Assembly (NCBI GenBank): GCA_032128875.1
Contig: JAVLKG010000002.1
Location: forward strand, 320,001 to 384,000
Length of the DNA stretch: 64,000 nt
From: Candidatus Melainabacteria bacterium 17Bon1m
GTDB lineage: Bacteria; Cyanobacteriota; Vampirovibrionia; Obscuribacterales; Obscuribacteraceae
Direction: 5' to 3'
Shown here one piece after another: positions 38,442 to 48,566 of this stretch. The first letter of the stretch is position 1; each line of letters starts with the position of its first letter. The notes beneath the pieces are model-generated. The model saw nothing but the letters and a program-made list of their open reading frames with translations, did no database searches and had not been told where the DNA came from. A program made the translations under genes and the position numbers.

Positions 38442-39662
38442 TTAGCTATTCAAAACGCTTTGTCCGGGTGGCAGAAGGGCACAGTAGGCGACATCCTGCC
38501 CTAAATTCTTGACTGAAACTTGATGGAGAGCGACTGCATCATCCAGGTTACGCGCGCGTCCGCCTAATGCAGATACTGCAAGAGGATCTTGCAGCAGCTT
38601 GGGTGCGACAATCCAAATGATTTCATCGACAAGACCTTCATCAATCATGTTGCCCGCAAGACTGCCTCCACCTTCGCAAAGTACTGTGTTGATGCCTCTT
38701 TTCACTATCTGGCGCAGTCCTTCCTCAAGATCGAGGACGATTGATTCTCGATTTTGCTCTTTGTCATCTTCTCTGCGCAGGGGGACACCAGCCGCCAATT
38801 GAGAGACCTTTACGGTGGGCTTTGAGATTTCATACGGCACGCCAATCAGCTCAACAAGCGGGAGATCGACAAGTTGTCGGTCGGCTCGATCTTCTCTAGT
38901 GATAACTAGAGTTCGTGCGCTGGTTTTATGCGTGTAAATTTTGGATTCAAATGACACCGTCAAATCTTTGTCCACGAGCACTTTTACAGGGTCTCTGCTG
39001 TTTTCTATATCGCGCACGTTCAAGGTCGGATTGTCGATCAGCGCTGTATTAGTGCCAACCAAAACAGCGTCAAACACGTTGCGTAATTGGTGCACATAGT
39101 GTCGAGCTTCCGCGCCTGTAATCCATCTGCTACCGCCATGACGGTCGGCGATTTTTGCATCAAGGGTGGTGGCAAGTTTTAAACAAACCCAAGGCAAACC
39201 AGTCTTGATTCGTTTTATAAATCCGCGATTTAGAACCTTGCATTCGGCTTCTAGAACACCTGAAACGACTTCAATTCCTGCATCTTTAAGTGCCTGGATC
39301 CCACCCCCGGCAACGACAGGATTTGGATCGACCATTCCGCAGATTACTGTTCTTACTCCGCTGGCGATAACTTTATCGCTGCAAGGAGGAGTTTTTCCAT
39401 GGTGGCAGCAAGGCTCCAGATTCACATAAAGTGTGCCGTCCTTAGCCTTTTCACCAGCTTCATTCAGAGCATGTACTTCTGCATGCGGCTGTCCGTGTTT
39501 TTGATGATAACCACGTCCAACAACATTTCCGGCTTTGTCTAGAACAACTGCACCGACCATCGGATTTGGAGATGTTCGTCCGTGTGCGCGCGCTGCCAGT
39601 TCGAGGCATTCGCGCATAAAACTCTCATGAATTTCAGGAGAAGAAGACTTCGGCAACTCCAT
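38442..39662 (-). CDS. ribD: Riboflavin biosynthesis bifunctional deaminase/reductase
   Basis: TSPNPMVGAV, HAEVHAL, NLEPCCHHGKTPPC, WITG, DNPTL, EGGG. Confidence 0.95.
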   Translation of the reverse strand: MELPKSSSPEIHESFMRECLELAARAHGRTSPNPMVGAVVLDKAGNVVGRGYHQKHGQPHAEVHALNEAGEKAKDGTLYVNLEPCCHHGKTPPCSDKVIASGVRTVICGMVDPNPVVAGGGIQALKDAGIEVVSGVLEAECKVLNRGFIKRIKTGLPWVCLKLATTLDAKIADRHGGSRWITGAEARHYVHQLRNVFDAVLVGTNTALIDNPTLNVRDIENSRDPVKVLVDKDLTVSFESKIYTHKTSARTLVITREDRADRQLVDLPLVELIGVPYEISKPTVKVSQLAAGVPLRREDDKEQNRESIVLDLEEGLRQIVKRGINTVLCEGGGSLAGNMIDEGLVDEIIWIVAPKLLQDPLAVSALGGRARNLDDAVALHQVSVKNLGQDVAYCALLPPGQSVLNS

Positions 39663-40653
39663 AGAGCTCCATATCGAGGGACTTTATCTTGCCTACGCCC
39701 TCGCTGATCGGAACATCGACTACATGATTGCCTTGCAATGCAACCATGCGACCGAACTTCTTTTCGTGAACCAGGTCTGTTGCCTTCACACCAAATCTGG
39801 TGGCAAGCACTCGGTCGAAAGCGGTTGGCGAACCACCACGCTGAATGTGACCAAGAACGGTTGCCCGTGTCTCATATCCAGTTTCTTCTTCAATCATTTT
39901 GGCAAGCCTTTCGCCGATACCCGTGCGCTTGTTGCCGTTGATCGTTACTGGCGGGACTTCCTCATCCCCTTCCAGTCTAGCGCCTTCGGCTACTACCAAA
40001 ATTGAATAGTCTCTGCCTCTGGCATGGCGCTTCTTGATTGATTCTGCGATTTCTTTCAACTTGATTGGTTTTTCCGGAACCAGCACGAAGTCGGCACCAC
40101 CTGCAATACCGCCATAACAGGCGATCCATCCTGCATTGCCGCCCATTACTTCGCAAACCAGCACGCGGTTGTGTGACTCTGCTGTGGTATGAAGCCTGTC
40201 GATGGCTTCCATTACCACGTTAACGGCAGTGTCGAAGCCGAAAGTAAAATCAGTCGAGTTTAAATCGTTATCGATTGTTTTAGGAACACAAACGATCTTG
40301 ATACCGTGCTTAGAACTCAGCTCTTCTGCAATATTGAGCGTTTCGTCTCCACCAATGGCAATCAGAGCGTCCAGGCGATGTTTTTCCATCTGCTCGGCAA
40401 TTTTTTCAGGACCGCGTTCGGTCTTGAAAGGATTGGCGCGCGATGTTCTGAGTATCGTTCCGCCTCTATGAATAAGTCCGCCGGTGCCTTGCAGGGTCAA
40501 AGGCATAACCATGCCTTCCATGGGACCGCGCCAGCCTTCGAGAAATCCCACGACCTCTGAGCCGTGTTCCATCACAGAACGCCTTACGATGGCTCGGACC
40601 ACGGCATTCAAGCCGGGGCAATCTCCTCCACCAGTAAGGATTCCTATCCGCAT
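39634..40653 (-). CDS. pfkA: 6-phosphofructokinase (possibly PPi-dependent)
   Basis: LTGGGDCPGLN, GGTILRTSR, GGDET, PKTIDND, LGHIQRGG. Confidence 0.92.
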   Translation of the reverse strand: MRIGILTGGGDCPGLNAVVRAIVRRSVMEHGSEVVGFLEGWRGPMEGMVMPLTLQGTGGLIHRGGTILRTSRANPFKTERGPEKIAEQMEKHRLDALIAIGGDETLNIAEELSSKHGIKIVCVPKTIDNDLNSTDFTFGFDTAVNVVMEAIDRLHTTAESHNRVLVCEVMGGNAGWIACYGGIAGGADFVLVPEKPIKLKEIAESIKKRHARGRDYSILVVAEGARLEGDEEVPPVTINGNKRTGIGERLAKMIEEETGYETRATVLGHIQRGGSPTAFDRVLATRFGVKATDLVHEKKFGRMVALQGNHVVDVPISEGVGKIKSLDMELYGVAEVFFS

Positions 40654-41140
40654 AGTTCAGGCCCACATAAGTGACACGCCAAGAGCAGCTCACAGATGAG
40701 CTGATTTCAAGCGACACAAACACGGTAAGTATAGCGGTATTGTCAGCGGCCCTGGCCTTTGATTGATTTTGGGGCGTCCTAAATCAGAGCGAAAATGACA
40801 GAAACCTGCACGGACAAGGGAAAAAGGCTGGTTAAGCTCTGTGAAACACCGGATTTCATGTAGGCTAAACCGCAGATTTGACCTTTCTGAAATCTGGGAC
40901 TTGGCGCCGATTACTGTCAGCATTTTTAAGCTTTTTAGAACTTCGAGGCGATTCTCGCCAGAAGGATTTACATTTATAGGATGCCAGAGCCGGTAATTGG
41001 GCTGGTTGCGCTCTTGTAAACGAGTGAAGCACAGCTGCCTGCCGAGTCTGCGAGTTCGAATTAATGGTGCACAGCGCCCCGGATACAAGAACGCACACCC
41101 GCACAAAGAGTGATTGCGCTCCCAATTGGAGGAACAGGAC

Positions 41141-42268
41141 TTGAATTTATATGAGTGGGAAGCCAAGAAGATTTTCCAGGAGCACGGCATTCCGGTTCCG
41201 CCGTCTCATCGCATCACAAAGCCGGAAGAATTGAGAAAGGTTCACCTGGGTTATCCACTCACTCTCAAGGTGCAAGTGCAATCGGGTGGTCGCGGTAAAG
41301 CCGGCGGCATCCAATTCGCTCAAGATTTGAAAGATGGTGAAACCAAAGCCAAAGACCTGCTCAAGATGGTCATCAACGGCTCGAAGACAGAAAGTCTTCT
41401 CATCGAACCCAGATTGAAAATTGCTCGCGAAATTTACTTATCTGTGACCCTCGACAGAAGCCGCGGTTGCGCAATCTTCATCGCCTCGGCTGAAGGCGGT
41501 ATCGAAATCGAATCGTCGACCAATGTCGTCACAATGCCGATTCCGTATCCTTATCACGACTATGTTGGTCGCGACCTGGCCAAACAAATCGGCTTGACCG
41601 GCAACTTGCTTAATAAGTTTGCCGACCTCGCCAATAGGCTCTACAAGCTCTTTGAGTCGAAAGATTTGGAGCTTGCTGAAATCAATCCGCTCATCGTTAC
41701 TGACGGTGATGAAGTTCTCGCGCTCGACGGCAAAATCACCATCTGCGACGACGCTTTGGGTCGCCACAAGTGTTTCGCCGGCTGGCAAGAAACCCACATG
41801 CTCGACTTGTCCGACAGAGAAAAGCGCTCGAAGCGCGCTGGACTCAATCTCGTTGAGCTCGATGGCAACATCGGTATCCTCTGCAACGGCGCTGGCTTGA
41901 CCATGGCGACCATGGACCTCGTCAAAGCTTTCGGCGGACAGCCAGGCAACTTCCTGGATGCCGGCGGTGGATCTGACACTGAGAAAACCCTTGAAGCACT
42001 GGAAATCGTGCACGACAACCCGAAGTGCGACGTCATTCTGGTCAACATCTTGGGCGGTATCACTGCTTGCGACGAAGTTGCACAAGCTCTCGTTGCATTT
42101 ATGAAGCGCCATCCTGAGCGCAAATTGATCGTTCGTCTTCGTGGCAACAACCAAGATGTCGCTGAAAAAATGCTCGCCGAATCTGGTCTGAAGCTTTATC
42201 CGGAACTCGAAGCCGCTGTGAAGCAAGCCGTTGAGCAATCCAAAGTTCCAGCCGGCGCTAAGCGCTAA
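41141..42268 (+). CDS. sucC: Succinyl-CoA synthetase beta subunit
   Basis: [45 protein letters not shown] upstream of TTG 41141. Confidence 0.93.
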   Translation: MNLYEWEAKKIFQEHGIPVPPSHRITKPEELRKVHLGYPLTLKVQVQSGGRGKAGGIQFAQDLKDGETKAKDLLKMVINGSKTESLLIEPRLKIAREIYLSVTLDRSRGCAIFIASAEGGIEIESSTNVVTMPIPYPYHDYVGRDLAKQIGLTGNLLNKFADLANRLYKLFESKDLELAEINPLIVTDGDEVLALDGKITICDDALGRHKCFAGWQETHMLDLSDREKRSKRAGLNLVELDGNIGILCNGAGLTMATMDLVKAFGGQPGNFLDAGGGSDTEKTLEALEIVHDNPKCDVILVNILGGITACDEVAQALVAFMKRHPERKLIVRLRGNNQDVAEKMLAESGLKLYPELEAAVKQAVEQSKVPAGAKR

Positions 42269-42287
42269 TTTTAAGGAGATACACAAA

Positions 42288-43169
42288 GTGATTCTGATTA
42301 ACAAAGACACGAAAGTCATCGTCCAGGGCGCTACAGGCAAGATGGGTTCTGCCCACACCAAGCGCATGATCGCTTACGGCACCAAGGTTGTCGGCGGCGT
42401 AACCCCTGGCAAAGGCGGCACCAAAATCGAAGGCATTCCGGTGTTCGACACCGTTAAAGAAGCTTTCCAGGCTACCGGCGCCACCACCTCGGTCATCTTC
42501 GTTCCTCCCTTTCTGGCGCTCGATGCCGGTTCGGAAGCACTCGATGCCGGTGCCGAATTGATCGTTCTCATCACCGAAGGCATTCCTCCGCAAGATGCCG
42601 CCAAGCTCGTCGCTCAGGTGAAGGCTAAAGGCGCCAAGCTGATCGGACCCAACTGCCCAGGCGTTATCACTCCTGGCGAGTGCTTGATCGGTATCCTCCC
42701 CGGCTCGATCTTCAAATCCGGACCGGTCGGCATGGTCAGCCGTTCTGGAACCCTCACCTACGAAATCGCGCTTGCCTTGACCGAAAGCGGTCTCGGTCAG
42801 TCGACCTGCGTCGGTGTCGGTGGCGACCCGATCAAGGGCATGGGTTACGAAGAAGCTCTCAGCCTCTTCAAAGACGATGCGAAGACCGAAGTGATTGTTC
42901 TCATCGGTGAAATCGGTGGAACCGCTGAAGAAGAAGCAGCTGCCTATATCAAAGCCAACGTGAAGAAGCCGGTAGTGGCTTACATTGCTGGTCAGACCGC
43001 ACCTCCCGGAAAGCGCATGGGTCACGCCGGCGCGATCATCTCGGGCGGAAAGGGCACCGCTCAATCGAAGATCGAAGCCTTCGAAAAGGCTGGAATCAAG
43101 GTAGCGAAGACCCCTTCGGAAGTTGCGAAGTTCGTTGCTGAAGCGACCAAGCAAGTAGCCCGCGCGTAA
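42288..43169 (+). CDS. sucD: Succinyl-CoA synthetase alpha subunit
   Basis: [32 protein letters not shown], phospho-His RMGHAGA; AAGGAG upstream of GTG 42288. Confidence 0.95.
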   Translation: MILINKDTKVIVQGATGKMGSAHTKRMIAYGTKVVGGVTPGKGGTKIEGIPVFDTVKEAFQATGATTSVIFVPPFLALDAGSEALDAGAELIVLITEGIPPQDAAKLVAQVKAKGAKLIGPNCPGVITPGECLIGILPGSIFKSGPVGMVSRSGTLTYEIALALTESGLGQSTCVGVGGDPIKGMGYEEALSLFKDDAKTEVIVLIGEIGGTAEEEAAAYIKANVKKPVVAYIAGQTAPPGKRMGHAGAIISGGKGTAQSKIEAFEKAGIKVAKTPSEVAKFVAEATKQVARA

Positions 43170-43208
43170 TGAATTGAATACGCAGGCTGTGTATACATAG
43201 CCTGTTGC

Positions 43209-43240
43209 AAAAGCGTTCTCCTCCGGGGGGACGCTTTTTC
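43209..43240. terminator. Probably bidirectional terminator between sucD and the toxin gene
   Basis: AAAAGCGTTCTCC...GGGGGACGCTTTTT. Confidence 0.75.
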
Positions 43241-43264
43241 GCGCAGTGTGAATCGTATTTGCCT

Positions 43265-43645
43265 TTAGACAACCATGACGAAGTCGCCATACGAAGACAA
43301 TAATCTGTCGCCAGTGACGAGCTTTGCAGGTTCCAATTTACTTTGAGTGAGGAGCATTCGGTCGAAAGGATCTCGGTGCAGGTGAGGCAATTCGCTCAAT
43401 GCTATGCAATGCTCGACCAAGATGGGAAGCACGTCGAACTGACATTCTTCCACATGATCTTTCAGAGCTGGCAATGAAATTGAGATCTTGCCGAGTGACT
43501 TCTTCACACTTATTTCCCAAAACGATACGGCGCTGACAATTACTCGGTTGTGCGGATCGAGAATCATTTTTGCTACATCGCGGGTGAGGCGTTTATCGTT
43601 TGACATAGCCCAGAGTAAGACATTCGTGTCTAGAAGTAGTTGCAC
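43265..43645 (-). CDS. vapC: VapC-family PIN toxin
   Basis: LLLDTNVLLW, SAVSFWEI, HRDPFDRML, LVTGD. Confidence 0.9.
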   Translation of the reverse strand: MQLLLDTNVLLWAMSNDKRLTRDVAKMILDPHNRVIVSAVSFWEISVKKSLGKISISLPALKDHVEECQFDVLPILVEHCIALSELPHLHRDPFDRMLLTQSKLEPAKLVTGDRLLSSYGDFVMVV

Positions 43646-43647
43646 TA

Positions 43648-43881
43648 CTATCCTTCGAACTCTTCAATAATTGACTCAGGCAGCGGCGCGTCGAAGTCTG
43701 CCGACATACGAATTTTTCCTTTCATCAGACCTAGTTTTCGACTTGAGGCCCCTTGATTGAATGGCACCAATTTTGCAACTGGTTTTCCGGCTTTGCTGAT
43801 GATGATTTCTTGTCCGTCCAGAACTTTCTCAACCAGCTTGGAGAAATGAGTTTTTGCTTGGTGGATGTTTACTTGTTCCAT
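43648..43881 (-). CDS. Phd/YefM family antitoxin
   Basis: VNIHQAKTHFSKLVE, IIISKAGKPVAKLVP, DFDAPLP. Confidence 0.9.
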   Translation of the reverse strand: MEQVNIHQAKTHFSKLVEKVLDGQEIIISKAGKPVAKLVPFNQGASSRKLGLMKGKIRMSADFDAPLPESIIEEFEG

Positions 43882-43911
43882 ACGTCACACAAAATTACGC
43901 ACCTACTAGAC

Positions 43912-43929
43912 TAGACTAAGTTTAGTCTA
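43912..43929. promoter_or_regulatory. Palindromic operator of the toxin-antitoxin operon
   Basis: Perfect TAGACTAA-GT-TTAGTCTA about 30 bp upstream of the antitoxin ATG, plus an extra TAGAC half-site. Confidence 0.7.
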
Positions 43930-44260
43930 TCATTTCGTGCCATGTTGGCGCGCTTGGCGTGACAGTGTGCTTTTCGCGCGTTGCGGGTGGAAAGTGAGCC
44001 TTGGCTTGTTAAATCCTTCGACTTCTTCCGATTTTCAAGCTTTGCCCTTTGCCCCTGCCAGGATCGCTAAGGCAGATAACATAAGCTCTCACTTTTATAT
44101 CTCTTGGGAAAAGGGCACATATTAAATGGTGATCTGATCAAAAAAGTGTTTGACGGTCCGTTTAACGTCGCACTCTCGGTCTAAAATGTCAGAAGAGAGT
44201 CGGTAGAGAAACCGAATCAAGAATTCGAAGATTTCCAAACCAAGCTAACTGGAGACCTGC

Positions 44261-45211
44261 ATGGACAACGGAGACCGCACCCAAACTACGCCGGTGACCA
44301 AACCGAAAAGAGCGCTCGTGCTACCCGGCGGTGGCGGACGAGGTGCCTACCAGGTCGGTGTCGTAAAGGCGCTGTACGAAAAGGGTCTCAAATTCGACAT
44401 GGCTTTCGGCACATCTATCGGCGGCATTAATGCTGCTATCGTTGCCCAGGGCGGTATCGAGCGTCTGGAAGAACTCTGGTGCCAGATTCGCGCCAATGAT
44501 ATTTTCAGGCTGCCGTCGCCCCATCAAATGGGTCGTATGCTTCTCGGTCATAAGCTTGGATTGCTGGACAATTCGCCTCTGGAAGAAGTCCTTCGCAAAG
44601 AGGTCAATCTTCCCAAATTGCGCGCGACGAACATGCAAATCGGCTGGTGTGCGACTGATCTTTGCAGTCTTGAAACCAAGCTTTTCATGATGGACGACAT
44701 TATGTCGACCAACGAACTCATTGATGTTTTGATGGCGACATCGGCTATTCCAATGGCTTTCCCGCCTCGTCACATTAATGGGCATGGGCTTTGGGTCGAT
44801 GGCGGTTTGGTTAGAAACACGCCAATGGAAACAGCTATTCAAATGGGCGCTGACGAAGTCTACATGGTGCTTTTGCACCCTGAGAAGATAAACGTCTGCC
44901 CGACCAACATGTTCGAAGTAATCGTTCGCTGCTTAGACATTGTTCTTGATGCTTCTGCCCGCAAAGAGATTCAAACAGCAGAGTTGTACAACCGGCTGGT
45001 TGCCGAGGGCAATATCGAATCCAAAGGCAGAAAGAATGTGGACATCAGGGTCTTTCAACCGAAGCGCGCAGTCAACACGACGCTGCTGGAAATCGATCCG
45101 CATCGCTCGCGTAAGCTGATTACTCAAGGCTACGAGGAAGCGATGGAGATGATGGCTGACTACAAGCCGGGTGAAAAGGATAAAGAAGTAGAAGCATCCC
45201 TTGCTTCTTGA
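44261..45211 (+). CDS. Patatin-like phospholipase
   Basis: PGGGGRGAY, GTSIG nucleophile elbow, SAIP..FP, DGG. Confidence 0.9.
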   Translation: MDNGDRTQTTPVTKPKRALVLPGGGGRGAYQVGVVKALYEKGLKFDMAFGTSIGGINAAIVAQGGIERLEELWCQIRANDIFRLPSPHQMGRMLLGHKLGLLDNSPLEEVLRKEVNLPKLRATNMQIGWCATDLCSLETKLFMMDDIMSTNELIDVLMATSAIPMAFPPRHINGHGLWVDGGLVRNTPMETAIQMGADEVYMVLLHPEKINVCPTNMFEVIVRCLDIVLDASARKEIQTAELYNRLVAEGNIESKGRKNVDIRVFQPKRAVNTTLLEIDPHRSRKLITQGYEEAMEMMADYKPGEKDKEVEASLAS

Positions 45212-45381
45212 TGCCAGCGTGACGCATCATAATGATTGCGGTATGGCGAATGTTCCACACGCGGCACCGCAAGTAGTGGCATAGCTTATTGACCAATGAT
45301 TGAGCAAATGAGCCGCTGAAGGATACCTCCCTAGGCGACGATTCCACTGGAGTCTCGGATGGCTACATGCACAGGTCTTTC

Positions 45382-45406
45382 GTAGGGCCGACGCCAAGCG
45401 TCGCCC
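45382..45406 (+). repeat. GTAG-type REP-like palindrome
   Basis: GTAG-GGCCGACGC-CAA-GCGTCGCCC between convergent genes. Confidence 0.5.
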
Positions 45407-45415
45407 GGTTCAAAA

Positions 45416-45901
45416 CTAATATCCGAAGCCGTTCTTGCGAAGGTGGATCATCGGCTCTTCTTCAGTGAGCTGTTCGCCATCGATTGCTTCAGCAATGAGA
45501 AGTTGGTGATCCGTTGCAGGAGCATAGGACATAACCTTGCAGGTAATGTATGAAACGCTGTTCGCAAGCACCGGATGCTCAGTTCCATCTTTGAGCGCGA
45601 TGCCTTCGAATCTATCCATGCCTTCTTGAAACGGCTTAGCGAAGCTTTTGTACACGTCCATGTTTGCTTTGGACATGACGTTTACAACGAAAGTGTCGCC
45701 CGGTTTTAGAACATCGAGCAAAGGTCTCTTGTTGTTGACCGCAACGACCACGACTGGGGCGTCGAAACCACCCTGCATCACAAAGGTGGAAAGCATTCCA
45801 TCTTTCTTGCCATCCTTGGTGAAACTAACAAGAAAAACGCCTGACGCAATGCGACCGAGTGCTTTTCCCAGACCTTCTTTTTGTGCTGTTTCCGTAGTCA
45901 C
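45416..45901 (-). CDS. Flavin reductase-like FMN-binding protein
   Basis: ALGRIASGVFLV, FVVNVM, DRFEG, DHQLLIAE, PMIHLRKNG. Confidence 0.85.
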   Translation of the reverse strand: MTTETAQKEGLGKALGRIASGVFLVSFTKDGKKDGMLSTFVMQGGFDAPVVVVAVNNKRPLLDVLKPGDTFVVNVMSKANMDVYKSFAKPFQEGMDRFEGIALKDGTEHPVLANSVSYITCKVMSYAPATDHQLLIAEAIDGEQLTEEEPMIHLRKNGFGY

Positions 45902-46071
45902 CGCCGTCTCTCCTGTCTGATTGATGAACGAACATTATATAAGCCTTTTGCACGGCAATCTGCCGTCCCTTCAGTTTCGATTAACATCTGCGGACCTTTG
46001 GCTTTTGGGGAAAAACGTATGCACAAGCCAGGCGCAATGCGCAATGTTGAAAAGAGGTGTGCGTAGAACCC

Positions 46072-47565
46072 TTAGGAGTTAGGCTCGTTGGAGTCCTTGA
46101 GCGGAGGCTCCTTCAGCCCGGCTGCGACTAATTCTTCATCAACGATTTCGCTTTCAACAACCGGTGCAACTGGTGCTGCTGCCGTTGCAGAATACTTTCC
46201 ATTGGTGGACGAGCCTGTGGCGCTAAGTGACGGTTTTGAACCTACCTTTTTGATCGGTTGTTTCCTTCCGTGGCGCATGTGCCAGAGCATGATTGATTTT
46301 GCCAGTTTGTCGGAATCGTGATGCCCAATGGCTTTTTGACTGAGCAAATTGCGTTTGATAACAACAACACCAAGTTCGCGCAGACGATCATTATCGAGCG
46401 TGACTGGTTTGATGTCGGCAGGTAATTTGCCTTCGAAGTCCGGAGTTTGATCATTGACGAGTACAGCTTCCATCAGCCTGTAGCCTAGATTGCTGGGCGT
46501 TGCTGAATGCGAAAGAATTGCTTCGACGTGATCGCCAACCGAATAACCAGTGGTTTCGCCGAGCTGAGTCAAAACATTGGTGACATAAATCTTGTCAGCA
46601 TTCGAATCACGGATCGCTTGGGGAATGCCTTCAACCAGCAGGTTTGGAATGATTGATGTATAGAGGCTGCCGGGTCCAAGAATGATCAAGTCGGCGGCGT
46701 GAATAGCTTCAATTGCTTCAGGTGTCGCTTTCGGTTTTGCAGGCTTGAGTGAGAGTGTCTTGATGCGTCCGCCTGCTTCAGTGATGTGCGACTCGCCTTC
46801 GACTACCGAGCCATCAGCCATCTCAGCGACGAGCGAGAAGTTTACCAATGTAGATGGCAGCACCTGTCCGCAACTATTCAGAACGCGGCTTGCCACTCTG
46901 GTAGCTTCCAACATGTCACCGTTGGTAATGGCACATACTGCTGTGAGAAAAAGATTTCCAAATGAGTGACCTTCGAGTCCACCCCCTGATTCGAACCTGT
47001 AACGGAAGAGGTCGGTAACCAGACCTTCTTCATCTGCCAGTGCGGTGATGCAGTTTCTCAAATCGCCCGGTGGAAGCACGCCAAGCTCTTGCCTCAAACG
47101 ACCGGACGAACCACCGTCGTCTCCAACGGTGACGATAGCAGTGATGTTATTTGTGAACATCTTTATGCCGCGCAAGAGGTTCGACAGACCAGTGCCGCCG
47201 CCTATCACAACAACGCGCGGACCTTTGGCGAGGTGGCGTTTTCTGTACAAAACATCTGGGATGGATTCGCGTTCGTTAGGTACATACGCACCAACGACCG
47301 AAAGCGTCATTCTATAGATCGCAATACAAACGATAAGGGCGCCACCAATGATAACGACGAATCCGCTTCGTTTGTGGGGAACAAGATCTGCGGCTGTTTC
47401 CAACGTTTCGCGGATAAGCATCGACGTGACATGTACTGGGTGATAACCCAGATAGAGAAATATGCCAACGACTATTACTGCAATGCCAGCCAGAATGATT
47501 AGAATCCAGCGTTTTAAGCCGGGCAACATCATGCGAGCCATGCGTGAGTTTAAAGTTCTGCTCAC
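46072..47565 (-). CDS. yvcK: YvcK/GlmR (UDP-GlcNAc-binding, CofD-like) protein with N-terminal TM helices
   Basis: IGGGTGLS, DDGGSSGRLR, PPGDLRNC, GHSFGNL, GPGSLYTSIIPNL. Confidence 0.9.
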   Translation of the reverse strand: MSRTLNSRMARMMLPGLKRWILIILAGIAVIVVGIFLYLGYHPVHVTSMLIRETLETAADLVPHKRSGFVVIIGGALIVCIAIYRMTLSVVGAYVPNERESIPDVLYRKRHLAKGPRVVVIGGGTGLSNLLRGIKMFTNNITAIVTVGDDGGSSGRLRQELGVLPPGDLRNCITALADEEGLVTDLFRYRFESGGGLEGHSFGNLFLTAVCAITNGDMLEATRVASRVLNSCGQVLPSTLVNFSLVAEMADGSVVEGESHITEAGGRIKTLSLKPAKPKATPEAIEAIHAADLIILGPGSLYTSIIPNLLVEGIPQAIRDSNADKIYVTNVLTQLGETTGYSVGDHVEAILSHSATPSNLGYRLMEAVLVNDQTPDFEGKLPADIKPVTLDNDRLRELGVVVIKRNLLSQKAIGHHDSDKLAKSIMLWHMRHGRKQPIKKVGSKPSLSATGSSTNGKYSATAAAPVAPVVESEIVDEELVAAGLKEPPLKDSNEPNS

Positions 47566-48071
47566 GACGCACCGTCCTTTCCAGCATCTGAATGTCTATG
47601 TCTGACACCATTGGCAGTGACATGGGCTACTTCTTCGAGCTCGCGGTGGCTGACACGCACGTGTGCTTCGGGAATGCCTGCAGCCAGTGATTTGGCTACG
47701 TTTTCGGCAATGGTCGTAGAGCGGTGCTGACCGCCGGTGCATCCGAACGCAATAGTGAAGTGTCTTACTTTTGCATCGGTAAATTGCGGAATGATTTTGA
47801 AACAGAGATCAAGAATTGATGTGAGAAACTCTTGTGCTGGTTCTTGCTCCAAGACGTAGTCCTGAACTGGTTTGTCCAGCCCTGTAAGCGGTCGCAATTC
47901 TTCTACCCAGTATGGATTTTTCAGAAAACGGACGTCAAACACGGCATTGGCGCTGGGTGCGTCGCCCCGTTTGTACCCGAACGACATTACCGTCACTTCA
48001 AGGCGTTCAGTATCAGCGCCGTTGGTGTCGTTATGCTTCATTACTTCCGTTTCCGGCGATTTCCCTCTCAT
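47562..48071 (-). CDS. rapZ: RapZ/YvcJ C-terminal domain-only protein
   Basis: SFGYKRG, FDVRFLKNPYW, LRPLTGLD, GCTGGQHRS, HREL; no P-loop domain. Confidence 0.8.
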   Translation of the reverse strand: MRGKSPETEVMKHNDTNGADTERLEVTVMSFGYKRGDAPSANAVFDVRFLKNPYWVEELRPLTGLDKPVQDYVLEQEPAQEFLTSILDLCFKIIPQFTDAKVRHFTIAFGCTGGQHRSTTIAENVAKSLAAGIPEAHVRVSHRELEEVAHVTANGVRHRHSDAGKDGAS

Positions 48072-48110
48072 GATTCACCGTGTTTCTCATGCATCTGAAG
48101 TATAGGGCGA

Positions 48111-48506
48111 CTATTGAGTCCTTTGCAAATCGCCCGTATTTGTCTTAATTTCGGGCTTTTCGCTGGTTTCGTACAAAGTGTGCAGCTTTTCCACCCACTG
48201 TGAGGTGTGCTGTGAGCTAAGCATCTTATCTAGACCATATGCAGAGCAAGTCTCTGCGGTCCATCCGTCGGAAAATGTGATGCGGGCGATTGCATGCTTA
48301 CAATACATACAACTTATCTGGCTGCCATTTTGACTTGTCGCCCAAACCGCTTTAGCATCGCCGATTTGCATTCGTGAAAGGTAGGTATCCGGCTTGGACA
48401 TGCCCAATTTCAAGCCGAGCATACGCAGCATGTGTCCGCAGTTTCTCGCCACATCAGCTGGTTGCGCTACCAGTCCTTGGAAGAAGTGTGACGGCTTGAG
48501 AAACAT
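48111..48506 (-). CDS. Hypothetical protein
   Basis: 131-aa ORF filling the gap between co-oriented genes; CMYC motif. Confidence 0.5.
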   Translation of the reverse strand: MFLKPSHFFQGLVAQPADVARNCGHMLRMLGLKLGMSKPDTYLSRMQIGDAKAVWATSQNGSQISCMYCKHAIARITFSDGWTAETCSAYGLDKMLSSQHTSQWVEKLHTLYETSEKPEIKTNTGDLQRTQ

Positions 48507-48566
48507 AATAAACCTGACTACATGACCAAAGCACGCTGGATTGCCAGCTGTCTAAGCGTGAGCAAT

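Noticed and set aside
40654-41140. Riboswitch or small CDS between pfkA and sucC
   Set aside because: No recognisable aptamer, and the ORFs lack RBS or motifs; likely divergent promoters
41438-43154. Long antisense ORFs (309 and 298 aa) over sucC/sucD
   Set aside because: Shadow frames of strongly codon-biased genes, with no motifs
43265-43929. Mobile element carrying the toxin-antitoxin pair
   Set aside because: No transposase, terminal repeats or target duplication seen
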